This document shows, piece by piece, positions 38,046 to 47,076 of a stretch of 64,000 bases of DNA. The DNA is from Candidatus Omnitrophota bacterium. Lineage in GTDB: Bacteria > Omnitrophota > Gorgyraeia > Gygaellales > Profunditerraquicolaceae. Numbering within the stretch: position 1 is the stretch's first letter; each line of letters starts with the position of its first letter. The stretch is taken from the NCBI GenBank assembly GCA_028712255.1, contig JAQTQJ010000002.1:86846-150845 (forward strand), in the 5' to 3' direction. The position numbers were made by a program, and so were the translations under genes. The notes under the pieces are model-generated. The model was given only the letters and a program-made list of their open reading frames with translations. It ran no database searches and was not told the origin of the DNA.

Positions 38046-38729
38046 ATGCATATTCCTGATGGATATCTGGGCCCGGTAACATGCGGATTTTTTTATGCTG
38101 TAATGCTGCCGATATGGGGAATAGCTTCAAAGGTTGTGAAGAAAACACTCCTGGTGCGCCAGATTCCCATGTTGGCAATTGGGGCGGCATTTAGTTTTGT
38201 AATAATGATGCTTAATCTTCCTGTCCCGGGAGGGACAACGGCGCATGCGGTAGGGGGCGTTATAGTGGCAATATTACTGGGGCCCTGGGCTGCTTGTATT
38301 GCCGTAACTGTTACTTTAGTCATTCAAGCATTCTTATTTGGTGATGGGGGTATTACCGCTATCGGCGCCAATTCTTTTAATATGGCTTTTATTTTACCCT
38401 TTAGCGGATATTATATTTATAAAGCAATTAGTTATAAATCCCTTTTAAATTCAAAAAGAAGGATTATTGCTGCCGGGGTTGCCGGTTATCTTGCTATAAC
38501 CTTAGCAGCTTTATTCACCGGAATTGAGCTGGGCTTGCAGCCGTTGTTGTATCAGCCAAGCGAACAGGTTTTTTATTTTCCTTATGGATTAAAAATAGTT
38601 TTGCCGGCAATGCTAGGTGGGCATCTCTTGCTAATAGGCTGGGTAGAAGCGGTTATGACTGGTTTGGTAATAAAATATTTACAAAAATATTCTTCGAAAC
38701 TTTTTGCAGAAAGTAAGGGAAATTCTTAA
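38046..38729 (+). CDS. CbiM/NikM-like ECF-transporter S component (Ni/Co uptake)
   Basis: N-terminal MHIPDGYL signature of CbiM/NikM, 6-7 TM. Confidence 0.55.
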   Translation: MHIPDGYLGPVTCGFFYAVMLPIWGIASKVVKKTLLVRQIPMLAIGAAFSFVIMMLNLPVPGGTTAHAVGGVIVAILLGPWAACIAVTVTLVIQAFLFGDGGITAIGANSFNMAFILPFSGYYIYKAISYKSLLNSKRRIIAAGVAGYLAITLAALFTGIELGLQPLLYQPSEQVFYFPYGLKIVLPAMLGGHLLLIGWVEAVMTGLVIKYLQKYSSKLFAESKGNS

Positions 38730-38785
38730 ACAAAAAAAGTAATTTATGATATAATTTCTAAATTACTTAATTTTATAAAAATCCT

Positions 38786-39859
38786 GTGTTAAAAACTCCA
38801 CTTTACGATATTCATCTTGCGCTCGGCGCAAAAATTGCTCCTTTTGGCGGATGGCTGATGCCTATTCAATATCAGGGGATTTTGGCTGAGCACTCCCATA
38901 TCCGCAATGCAGTTGGCGTATTCGATATCTGCCATATGGGAGAGTTTATGCTTGAGGCGGACCTGGCTTTAAGCGGCCTGGACCGTATTGTTACGCAGAA
39001 TATAATTTCAATGCCGCAAGGTTCCTGCCGTTATGGTTTTATGCTCAATGATCAAGGGGGAATCCTGGATGACCTTGTCGTATACCGTGTTAATGAAAAT
39101 AATTGGATGCTGGTAGTTAATGCCGCAACTACCTTGAGTGATTATGAACATCTAAAAAGAAATCTTTCAGGCCAATATATCCTGGAGGATGTTTCCAGCA
39201 AAACAGGAAAACTTGATGTCCAGGGGCCGCAATCACTGGATGTGCTGAAAAATATTTTTGGCGGCGGCATATTAAAACTTAAATATTATACTTCTTCTGA
39301 ATTCTTTTTTCAAAACCAACGTTGTATAGTTAGCCGTACCGGTTATACCGGAGAGCTTGGGTTTGAAATATATATATCAACCGATTATGTTATAAAACTA
39401 TGGGAAGTTTTACTTAAAGATGGGCGTGTAAAACCCGCTGGCCTTGGCTGTCGTGATACTCTGCGGCTTGAGATGGGGTATCCTCTTTATGGACAGGATT
39501 TGGATATAAATCATACGCCGTTATCTGCTGGCCTTATCAAGTTTGTGGATTTATCTAAGAATTTTATTGGCAAGGATGGCTTGTTAAAGGAGCAAAAGAG
39601 CGGCTCAAAAGAGTATTTAATTTATTTTCAGGCGGATTCGCGTAGAGCACCGCGGCATGGTTTTGCAATCTTTGCAAATGATCAACGTGTGGGCACAGTA
39701 ACTAGCGGTTCATTTTCACCCAGTCTTTCTGTGGGTATTGGGATGGGATATGTTTCGGGTAATTATGATATTGGCGCAGAGCTTATTGTTAAAGAGGCAG
39801 GCATAGAAATTCCGGTAAAAGTTGCCAGGAAGCCTTTTAAAAAATTGACTTCGTTATAA
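38786..39859 (+). CDS. gcvT: glycine cleavage system T protein (aminomethyltransferase)
   Basis: TPLYDIHLALGAKIAPFGGWLMPIQY N-terminus; GTG start. Confidence 0.85.
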   Translation: MLKTPLYDIHLALGAKIAPFGGWLMPIQYQGILAEHSHIRNAVGVFDICHMGEFMLEADLALSGLDRIVTQNIISMPQGSCRYGFMLNDQGGILDDLVVYRVNENNWMLVVNAATTLSDYEHLKRNLSGQYILEDVSSKTGKLDVQGPQSLDVLKNIFGGGILKLKYYTSSEFFFQNQRCIVSRTGYTGELGFEIYISTDYVIKLWEVLLKDGRVKPAGLGCRDTLRLEMGYPLYGQDLDINHTPLSAGLIKFVDLSKNFIGKDGLLKEQKSGSKEYLIYFQADSRRAPRHGFAIFANDQRVGTVTSGSFSPSLSVGIGMGYVSGNYDIGAELIVKEAGIEIPVKVARKPFKKLTSL

Positions 39860-39920
39860 CAACTTCAATGGGGACAGTCATTTACTAGTAAATGACTGTC
39901 CCCATTGAAAAAGGAGAGAT

Positions 39921-40313
39921 TTGATGAATATACCAAAAGATCTTTTTTATACCAAGGACCATGAATGGGCGCGTATTGATGGAGATACTGCTTATATCGG
40001 GATTACTGATTATGCCCAGCATTCCCTAGGTGATATTACTTTTGTGGAGTTGCCAAAAAAAAGTGAGGAGCTCAAGCAATCCAGATATTGCGCTACTGTT
40101 GAATCGGTTAAAGCTGCATCCGAAGTCTATGCGCCTTTATCGGGCAAGGTTTTATCCAATAATGAGCAGTTAGCGGCTCATCCGGAATTAATTAATCAGT
40201 CTGCATACGAAAAAGGTTATTTTTTCTCAATGCAGATTTCAAATGAAGCTGAAAAAGAAAAACTTATGGATGCAGTAAGTTATGAGCGTTATCTGGAAGG
40301 GCTTGCCAAATGA
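39921..40313 (+). CDS. gcvH: glycine cleavage system H protein
   Basis: lipoyl-lysine motif ESVKAASEVYAP. Confidence 0.85.
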   Translation: MMNIPKDLFYTKDHEWARIDGDTAYIGITDYAQHSLGDITFVELPKKSEELKQSRYCATVESVKAASEVYAPLSGKVLSNNEQLAAHPELINQSAYEKGYFFSMQISNEAEKEKLMDAVSYERYLEGLAK

Positions 40314-41641
40314 GCTATACCCCGCATACGCAGGAAGATATTAAACAGATGCTCTCGGCAATAGGAGCCAAGAGTATTGATGATCTTTTTCAAGATATCC
40401 CAGCGGCGCTTGCTCCAAAATCTTTTAATATTCCTGCTCCAAAATCGGAATTCGTTGTAACCCAGATTCTGCATAAGCTTTCTTTAAAGAATGCTACTAA
40501 CCTGGTTAATTTTGTCGGCGGCGGTTTCTATGATCATTTTATTCCTGCTTCAGTTGAAGCTATTGTTAGCCGACCGGAGTTTTATACCGCTTATACTCCG
40601 TATCAGCCGGAATGTTCCCAGGGGTGGTTGCAGGCAATCTATGAATATCAGAGTATTATTTGTCAGCTAACCGCTCTTGATGTTTCAAATGCTTCTTTGT
40701 ATGACGGTGGCACCGCTCTTTTTGAGGCGATGATGATAGCAATTAGGCAGACCGGGCGCAAAAAAATAATTTTGGATAGCGGAGTGAATCTAATTTATCG
40801 CACGATGCTTTATACTTATACAAAAAATCTTTCCGTAGAATTTATAGAGATTCCGGTTGCGCACGGCCAGAGCAGCAGAGAGGAATTAGTTAAATATTTA
40901 GATGATAAAACCGCCGCGGTAATTTTACAGAATCCTAATTTTTTCGGCGCTATTGATGACCATACTGATATAGTTGAAAAGGTTCATAAGTTTGGTGCTT
41001 TGGCAATTGCTTCGGTATATCCGGTTTCTTTGGGTATGTTAAAGTCTCCAGGAGAAATGGGGTTTGATATCGCTACAGGAGAAGGACAAAGTTTAGGGAT
41101 TCCGCTTTTTTTTGGCGGCCCTTATTTGGGGTTTATGGCTGTAAAAAGTCAATTAGTGCGTCAGATGCCTGGTAGAATTGTAGGGGCTACGGTTGATAGC
41201 GATGGAAAAAGAGGGTTTGTATTAACTCTTCAGACACGCGAGCAGCATATTCGCCGCCAGAAAGCAACTTCTAACATTTGTTCAAATGAGGCTCTTTGCG
41301 CATTACGGGCAGCAGTGTTTGTTTCTCTCTTGGGCAGGGAAGGCTTAAAGGAATTAGCCGAGCATAACTATTCAAAAGCAGAATTTGCCAAAGAGCAACT
41401 ATCGCGCATTAGCGGTGTGCAGGTGAAACGTTCTTCTCCGACTTTTAATGAATTTACGGTGTTATTGCCAAAAGGCGCCGATGAAGTAGTGCACCGGATG
41501 ATTGATAAAGGTTTTGCCTGTGGTTTTCCGCTGGGCAGGTTCTATAAAGGGATGGATAATTATTTATTGATTGCTGTTACCGAGAAGAGGACTAAAGAAG
41601 AGATTCGTAGGCTTGTCGATAGCCTGGAGGCAGTGCTATGA
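40310..41641 (+). CDS. gcvPA: glycine dehydrogenase (decarboxylating) subunit 1
   Basis: GcvP N-terminal half; operon position. Confidence 0.85.
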   Translation: MSYTPHTQEDIKQMLSAIGAKSIDDLFQDIPAALAPKSFNIPAPKSEFVVTQILHKLSLKNATNLVNFVGGGFYDHFIPASVEAIVSRPEFYTAYTPYQPECSQGWLQAIYEYQSIICQLTALDVSNASLYDGGTALFEAMMIAIRQTGRKKIILDSGVNLIYRTMLYTYTKNLSVEFIEIPVAHGQSSREELVKYLDDKTAAVILQNPNFFGAIDDHTDIVEKVHKFGALAIASVYPVSLGMLKSPGEMGFDIATGEGQSLGIPLFFGGPYLGFMAVKSQLVRQMPGRIVGATVDSDGKRGFVLTLQTREQHIRRQKATSNICSNEALCALRAAVFVSLLGREGLKELAEHNYSKAEFAKEQLSRISGVQVKRSSPTFNEFTVLLPKGADEVVHRMIDKGFACGFPLGRFYKGMDNYLLIAVTEKRTKEEIRRLVDSLEAVL

Positions 41642-41659
41642 TTTTTCTTTTAAAAACAT

Positions 41660-41705
41660 GGGACCGTTTCTATTTTTCTAAATTTAGAAAAATAGAAACG
41701 GTCCC
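41660..41705. repeat. 18-bp-stem hairpin GGGACCGTTTCTATTTTT...AAAAATAGAAACGGTCCC (copy 2, between gcvPA and gcvPB, no T-run)
   Basis: stems identical to 19470-19521. Confidence 0.6.
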
Positions 41706-41732
41706 AAGATTCAACATGAAAGCGGGTGCGGG

Positions 41733-43190
41733 GTGAAATTAATTTTTGAAAAACATAAAGAGGGAAGGCGGGGATTTTTATATGGCAAGTGTGATGTCGA
41801 TAAGCCTAAGCCTTTGGCAGAAAAATACTGCCGTAAAACCCAGGCGCATTTAGCTTCTCTTAGCGAGCTGGACGTTGTGCGTCACTATACGAATATGTCC
41901 CGCTTTAATTTTTCTGTTGATACTCACTTCTATCCGCTTGGTTCATGTACCATGAAATATAACCCAAAATTCTGCGAACGGATTGCGTCATTTGAAGGAT
42001 TTTCTGGCGTGCATCCTTTATTGCCTCAGCTTTCAGGTGGCGGTATGCTTGCGCAGGGTTCGTTGGAAGTTTTGTATGAAACAGAAAAGCTGCTTTGTGA
42101 AATTACCGGAATGAAAGCTTTCTCGATGCAGCCTTTAGCCGGAGCCCATGGTGAATTAACCGGAGTAATGCTTATTGCTGCATATCATAAAGATAAAGGA
42201 AACCGGCGTAAATATATAATTGTGCCGGATTCATCGCATGGCACAAATCCTTCCAGTGCCGCTATTGCCGGTTATGAGATTAAAGTTATCCCAACAGGCT
42301 TAGATGGCTATATGGACTTGGATGAATATAAAAAACAGTTGAATAACGAAGTGGCAGCTGTGATGTTGACTTGTCCGGATACCTTGGGGATTTTCAATCC
42401 GCGCATTAAAGAAATTGCTGATTTGGCGCATAAGTGCGCAGCTCTGATGTATTATGACGGAGCCAATCTCAATGCTATGCTTGGTAAGGCTCGTCCTGGG
42501 GATATTGGTTTTGATGTTATGCATATAAATTTGCATAAGACATTTGCTACGCCTCATGGAGGAGGCGGCCCGGGGGCAGGCCCAGTGGGGGTGAGTGAAA
42601 AGTTAGTTGAGTTTCTGCCGATTTCCCGGATTAAGAAGCGCGATGACGGCACCTATGCTTTGGATTATCATCAACAGAAATCAATCGGTTATATCGCTCC
42701 TTTTTACGGAAATTTCGGAGTGATTCTTAAAGCATATGCTTATATATTGGTTTTGGGTAAGGAAGGCTTGATTAAGGCAACAGAGATGGCGGTGTTAAAC
42801 GCCAATTATTGCCAGGCAATCCTTAAGGATTATTATGAGCTGCCTTTTGATAAAAGGTGTATGCATGAATGTGTTTTTTCTGCCGTACGCCAGGCAAAAA
42901 ATGGAGTTGCTGCTTTAGATATTGCCAAATATTTAATTGATAAAGGATATCATCCTCCGACAATATATTTTCCTTTAATCGTTAAAGAGGCATTGATGAT
43001 TGAGCCGACAGAAACAGAGTCAAAGGAAACCATTGATGCTTTTATTGAGGTAATGATTGAGATTGCTCATCTGGCGCAAGAGAATCCAACTGCTGTAAAT
43101 TGTGCACCTGTTAATATGCCGATAAAACGGCTCGATGAAGTAAGGGCAGCTCGACAGCCTGATCTTTGCTGGAAGGAGGAGTCATCCTGA
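41733..43190 (+). CDS. gcvPB: glycine dehydrogenase (decarboxylating) subunit 2 (PLP-dependent)
   Basis: PLP-lysine region NLHKTFATPHGGGGPG. Confidence 0.85.
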   Translation: MKLIFEKHKEGRRGFLYGKCDVDKPKPLAEKYCRKTQAHLASLSELDVVRHYTNMSRFNFSVDTHFYPLGSCTMKYNPKFCERIASFEGFSGVHPLLPQLSGGGMLAQGSLEVLYETEKLLCEITGMKAFSMQPLAGAHGELTGVMLIAAYHKDKGNRRKYIIVPDSSHGTNPSSAAIAGYEIKVIPTGLDGYMDLDEYKKQLNNEVAAVMLTCPDTLGIFNPRIKEIADLAHKCAALMYYDGANLNAMLGKARPGDIGFDVMHINLHKTFATPHGGGGPGAGPVGVSEKLVEFLPISRIKKRDDGTYALDYHQQKSIGYIAPFYGNFGVILKAYAYILVLGKEGLIKATEMAVLNANYCQAILKDYYELPFDKRCMHECVFSAVRQAKNGVAALDIAKYLIDKGYHPPTIYFPLIVKEALMIEPTETESKETIDAFIEVMIEIAHLAQENPTAVNCAPVNMPIKRLDEVRAARQPDLCWKEESS

Positions 43191-43262
43191 GCTATGAGCA
43201 AAGCGAATGGCCAAGGATCTCGATTTAGATTCTTCAGTCGCTTGCGCTCCTTCAGAATGACG
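43181..43262. repeat. nested palindromic element (family B: GTCATCCTGAG...GAAGGATCT | AGATTCTTC...TTCAGAATGAC), overlapping the last 10 nt of gcvPB
   Basis: arms complementary with G.U-type substitutions. Confidence 0.65.
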
Positions 43263-43273
43263 AATTTTATTAA

Positions 43274-44032
43274 ATGAAAACATTTAAGTTAATTCGATCC
43301 CCGGCACAAAGCGCCGCTTATAACATGGCGCTTGATGAAAAAATATTTGAGCATTATTTAGAGGATGGTGTTGGAGTGTTTAGAGTGTATCGTTGGCAGA
43401 TGCCGTCTTTTACGTATGGTTTTTCCCAAAACCCTCAAAATGAAATCAATTTAGCCCGATGTGCCTCTGATGGAGTGCAAATTGCTAAAAGAATGACTGG
43501 AGGAGGAATTCTTTTTCATGATGATGAAATGACTTATAGTTTTGTCTGTAGTAAGGAGGATGTAGGAGAGCCTGACCGTGTATTTGTTTCTTACCGCGGT
43601 ATTTGTAAATTTCTCATCCGGTTTTATGAATCGCTTAAGCTTCTCCCTAGCTTTGCCCTTGAGTCAGAAGGTTTTAAAGATAAATGTGCCGCACATGAGC
43701 TTTGCAGCGCCTCGCATGAAAAATATGATATTGTTATTGGCGCAAAAAAAATCGGCGGGAATGCTCAGAAAAGAAAAAGGCAAGTTATTTTTCAGCATGG
43801 TTCAATTCCTTTAAGTGTCAATTGGGATTTTGTGCGTAAGTATCTTAATTCTTTGCCTAATGATATCTCTGGACATGTAACAACACTTAGTGAGCAGCTA
43901 AAGGTAATTCCGGGAAGAGACATCCTTGAGCAAAAACTAATAGATACATTTGCTTACACATTTAACATAAATTTTTTGAATTACAGTCATTGCGAGCCCG
44001 CCATTGATTTGGTGGCGGGCGAAGCAATCTAA
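43274..44032 (+). CDS. lipoate-protein ligase / octanoyltransferase family protein (BPL/LPL catalytic domain)
   Basis: BPL_LplA_LipB fold motifs (KRMTGGGILFHDDE, GAKKIGGNAQKR); C-terminal 16 aa encoded by a palindromic element. Confidence 0.65.
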   Translation: MKTFKLIRSPAQSAAYNMALDEKIFEHYLEDGVGVFRVYRWQMPSFTYGFSQNPQNEINLARCASDGVQIAKRMTGGGILFHDDEMTYSFVCSKEDVGEPDRVFVSYRGICKFLIRFYESLKLLPSFALESEGFKDKCAAHELCSASHEKYDIVIGAKKIGGNAQKRKRQVIFQHGSIPLSVNWDFVRKYLNSLPNDISGHVTTLSEQLKVIPGRDILEQKLIDTFAYTFNINFLNYSHCEPAIDLVAGEAI

Positions 44033-44402
44033 AGTTATGGCCGTAAAGTATGGCTATATTTATATTTTAACTAATAGCACAGATATAGTTATTTATACTG
44101 GCGTTACGAGTAATTTACAGAAACGCGTATATGAACATAAGAAAAATTTAGTTAAAGGGTTTACTAGTAAATATAGCGTACATAAGCTTGTTTATTATGA
44201 AGTATTTGATAGTATGGAAGATGCTATAATTAGAGAAAAACAAATTAAGGGTGGTTCTCGAAAGAAGAAGGTTGATTTGATAAAAAATTTTAATCCGGAG
44301 TTTAAAGATTTGTATGGTGAATTATGAGATTGCGCAGCCTGTTGCGAGCCCGTTTTTGAGATTGCTTCGTCGTCCCGCTTTTGGCGGGACTCCTCGCAAT
44401 GA
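43985..44402 (+). mobile_element. candidate autonomous member of the palindromic-element family: complete terminal arms with a GIY-YIG nuclease gene replacing the short loop
   Basis: left: GTCATTGCGAG-hairpin CCCGCCATTGATTTGGTGGCGGG-CGAAGCAATC; right: GATTGCTTCG-hairpin GTCCCGCTTTTGGCGGGAC-TCCTCGCAATGAC; same arm order as the 74-90 bp miniature copies. Confidence 0.4.
44037..44327 (+). CDS. small GIY-YIG nuclease-family protein (~96 aa)
   Basis: YGYIYILTN...IYTGVTSNLQKRVYEHK GIY-YIG motif, conserved R and E; start taken at ATG 44037 (track's 44004 is a TTG inside the repeat arm). Confidence 0.7.
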   Translation: MAVKYGYIYILTNSTDIVIYTGVTSNLQKRVYEHKKNLVKGFTSKYSVHKLVYYEVFDSMEDAIIREKQIKGGSRKKKVDLIKNFNPEFKDLYGEL

Positions 44403-44443
44403 CGGGCGAAGCAATCGGTTCGTCCCCTCGCAATGACTGGTTT

Positions 44444-45280
44444 ATGAGGCCTGCTTGGTTAAATAAAAAAATCAGCCTTCAAAATTGCTCCGTAATGAAG
44501 AGGGCTCTGCGTGATTTGCGGGTAGAGACGGTTTGTGAGCAGGCAATGTGCCCGAATATGGGGGAGTGTTTTGCGCGTAATGAAGCGACATTTTTGATTC
44601 TGGGCCGCAGTTGCACGCGTATGTGCAGTTTTTGTAATATTAATAAATCTGCGCCAATTGCGCCTGATTTAGATGAACCCAACCGCGTTGCGCAGGCAGT
44701 TAGAGAACTTGGTTTAAAACATGTTGTGATTACTAGTGTTACTCGGGATGATCTTGTTGATGGAGGCGCAGGTATTTTTGCTCAGACTGTTTTGTGTGTT
44801 AAGCAGAAGTCACCAAATGTGCTTATTGAAATTCTGATTCCTGATTTTAAGCTTTCTTTAGATGCTTTAGGGGTCGTTGTAGAATCCGGGCCGCATATTA
44901 TTGCGCATAATATTGAAACAGTACCGTCACTTTATCGATTGGTGCGCCAGGGTGCAAATTATGCGCGATCGTTTAGCCTGCTGCGCACGCTTAAGAAAAT
45001 ATCTCCAACACTTAAGACTAAATCCGGCCTGATGCTGGGTTTAGGAGAAAAAGAAGAAGAGGTTATTTTGGTTATGGAGCATTTGCGTTCGGTTGATTGC
45101 GATTTTTTAAGTATTGGCCAGTATTTGGCGCCGAGTAAACAGCATTATCCGGTTAAGGAATATGTCAGGCCGGCGCAGTTTGATTACTACAAAGAAAAAG
45201 GTAATGAGCTTGGATTTTTACATATTGAAAGCGCCCCATATGTGCGTAGTTCATATATGGCAGCCCGATATTTATCTTAG
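44444..45280 (+). CDS. lipA: lipoyl synthase (radical SAM)
   Basis: CPNMGEC and CTRMCSFC cysteine clusters; start at ATG 44444 (track's 44381 start lies inside the repeat element). Confidence 0.85.
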   Translation: MRPAWLNKKISLQNCSVMKRALRDLRVETVCEQAMCPNMGECFARNEATFLILGRSCTRMCSFCNINKSAPIAPDLDEPNRVAQAVRELGLKHVVITSVTRDDLVDGGAGIFAQTVLCVKQKSPNVLIEILIPDFKLSLDALGVVVESGPHIIAHNIETVPSLYRLVRQGANYARSFSLLRTLKKISPTLKTKSGLMLGLGEKEEEVILVMEHLRSVDCDFLSIGQYLAPSKQHYPVKEYVRPAQFDYYKEKGNELGFLHIESAPYVRSSYMAARYLS

Positions 45281-45304
45281 AAAATAATGATAAATAAGCT
45301 ATAA

Positions 45305-45348
45305 GTTGTAAGCTATAAGTTTTAAGCTTAAAACTTATAGCTTACAAC
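45305..45348. repeat. perfect 44-bp palindrome (19-bp stems around central AAGCTT); probable bidirectional terminator between lipA and thyX
   Basis: GTTGTAAGCTATAAGTTTT-AAGCTT-AAAACTTATAGCTTACAAC; preceded by direct repeat AGCTATAAGTT. Confidence 0.5.
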
Positions 45349-45386
45349 TTTGTTAGTATTTCGAGTTAATATAGGGGGGATTAATT

Positions 45387-46106
45387 ATGTCTAAAGTTAC
45401 AATGAATGTTAAATTATTAGAGATGAGCCAGAATGCGATATCGCTTATCTATGTTGCCTGCCGGCAGTGTTATTCCGATAAATTCGCAGGTGAAGTTTTT
45501 TCTGATACGGAGGCGGACACTAAAAAGCAAGAGGAGTTTGTAAAAAAGATTGTGGCTTCGGGACACCTTAGCCCGCTTGAGCATGTTAAGTTTACATTTG
45601 CTATTGAGGGAGTATCTCGGGCACTTACACATCAATTGGTGCGGCATCGCCTGGCTTCATATAGCCAGCAGAGCCAGCGTTATGTTAAAGAAAAAGATTT
45701 TGATTACATTGTTCCGCCTGCTATTGAAAGAAATCTTGAGGCAAAAAATGAGTTTGATAAACTGATGGTTACGATTCAGCAAAGCTATACTAAATTACTC
45801 TTATTTTTAGGCAAAGACAATGTTAGCGGGGAGGCAGCAAACCAGGATGCGCGTTTTGCGCTTCCGCAGGCAGCCGAAACCAAAATTGTTGTGACCATGA
45901 ATTGCCGTGAGTTATTACATTTTTTTGAGCATCGTTGTTGCTCTCGAGCGCAATGGGAGATACGTAGGTTAGCAAATAAAATGCTGGATATCTGCCGTAA
46001 GGAATTGCTAGCGGTTTTTTCGGTTGCCGGGGCCAAATGTGAAGCGCTAGAGTATTGCCCGGAAGGTGAAAAATTTTGCTGCGGAAAATATCCTGTAAAG
46101 GTTTAG
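45387..46106 (+). CDS. thyX: flavin-dependent thymidylate synthase
   Basis: ThyX motif RHRLASYSQQSQRY. Confidence 0.85.
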   Translation: MSKVTMNVKLLEMSQNAISLIYVACRQCYSDKFAGEVFSDTEADTKKQEEFVKKIVASGHLSPLEHVKFTFAIEGVSRALTHQLVRHRLASYSQQSQRYVKEKDFDYIVPPAIERNLEAKNEFDKLMVTIQQSYTKLLLFLGKDNVSGEAANQDARFALPQAAETKIVVTMNCRELLHFFEHRCCSRAQWEIRRLANKMLDICRKELLAVFSVAGAKCEALEYCPEGEKFCCGKYPVKV

Positions 46107-46131
46107 GTAGTTAATGTTAAGAACCTCTTTT

Positions 46132-46211
46132 CGTCATCCTAAGGAGCGAAGCGACGAAGGATCTCAAGAGATTCTTCGTCAGCCGCCTATGGCGGCTTCC
46201 TCAGAATGACG
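46132..46211. repeat. nested palindromic element (family B)
   Basis: GTCATCCTAAGG...GAAGGATCT-CAAG-AGATTCTTC...GCCGCCTATGGCGGC...TCAGAATGAC. Confidence 0.65.
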
Positions 46212-46225
46212 ATAGATGGTAAAAA

Positions 46226-46984
46226 ATGAAGAACAATAACTTTATTCAACATTCTATCATCGAAGCCTTGGCATTCTTAAAAGAGCTGATTTTTGCTGAA
46301 GAGCTTGCTATGCGAGGAGGATTTTTGCAGTCGCTGGATCCAAGGTTTAAGGCGGTTACTTTTTTACTAATTATTATCCAATTACTGTTTACTCGTAATA
46401 TTTTTATTTTGTTCTTTTTTTATGCGCTGTGCCTGCTACTCGTATTAATCTCTAAGATAAATTTAGGATTTTTCTTAAAAAGAACATGGATCTTTATTCC
46501 GTTGTTTTCATTATTTATTGCAATTCCTGCCTTTTTTATTAATTTCTCTGCGGCTTTGATTTTCGTTACGCGTGTGCTTATTTGTGTGTCTTATGCTGTG
46601 CTTTTAAGTATCACTACGAAGCATTTTGAATTATTAAAAGTTTTGCGTATTTTTAAAATCCCGCAGATTTTTGTGATGATTTTAGGGATGTGTTATCGAT
46701 ATATATATCTGTTTGTCGAAATAATTGAGCACACATATTTGGCGGTTAGAAGCCGAGTGGGTAAGGTTGTAAATTATAAATTTGGCCAGAATATTGTTGC
46801 CTGGAATGTGGTGTCTCTTTGGAACCGCTCAGTTAAACTTAATGAGGAAGTGTATGGGGCGATGCTTTCCCGGGGGTTTCGGGGAGAGGCAGTAGCCTGG
46901 AATGATTTCAAGATTAAGGGAAGGGATTGGTTGTGGTTAGTTACGGTACTAATAATCATTATAGTTGCTGCAAGGCAATGGTAG
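46226..46984 (+). CDS. ECF transporter T component (CbiQ/EcfT family)
   Basis: 5 TM, conserved C-terminal ARG motif region LSRGFRGE. Confidence 0.7.
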   Translation: MKNNNFIQHSIIEALAFLKELIFAEELAMRGGFLQSLDPRFKAVTFLLIIIQLLFTRNIFILFFFYALCLLLVLISKINLGFFLKRTWIFIPLFSLFIAIPAFFINFSAALIFVTRVLICVSYAVLLSITTKHFELLKVLRIFKIPQIFVMILGMCYRYIYLFVEIIEHTYLAVRSRVGKVVNYKFGQNIVAWNVVSLWNRSVKLNEEVYGAMLSRGFRGEAVAWNDFKIKGRDWLWLVTVLIIIIVAARQW

Positions 46985-47058
46985 TGTGTCATTGCGAGGA
47001 GCCGTAGGCGGCGAAGCAATCTTTTAGATTGCTTCGCCCTTTGGGCTCGCAATGACAC
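46985..47058. repeat. nested palindromic element (family A)
   Basis: GTGTCATTGCGAGGAGCCGTAGGCGGCGAAGCAATC-TTTTA-GATTGCTTCGCCCTTTGGGCTCGCAATGACAC. Confidence 0.7.
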
Positions 47059-47076
47059 GGATTTTAGGGTGTTATT

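Noticed and set aside
38730-38785. Glycine riboswitch upstream of gcvT
   Set aside because: Only 56 nt of AT-rich spacer between the upstream gene and the gcvT GTG start, too short for a tandem-aptamer glycine riboswitch and lacking its conserved GGAGAG/CACCG elements.
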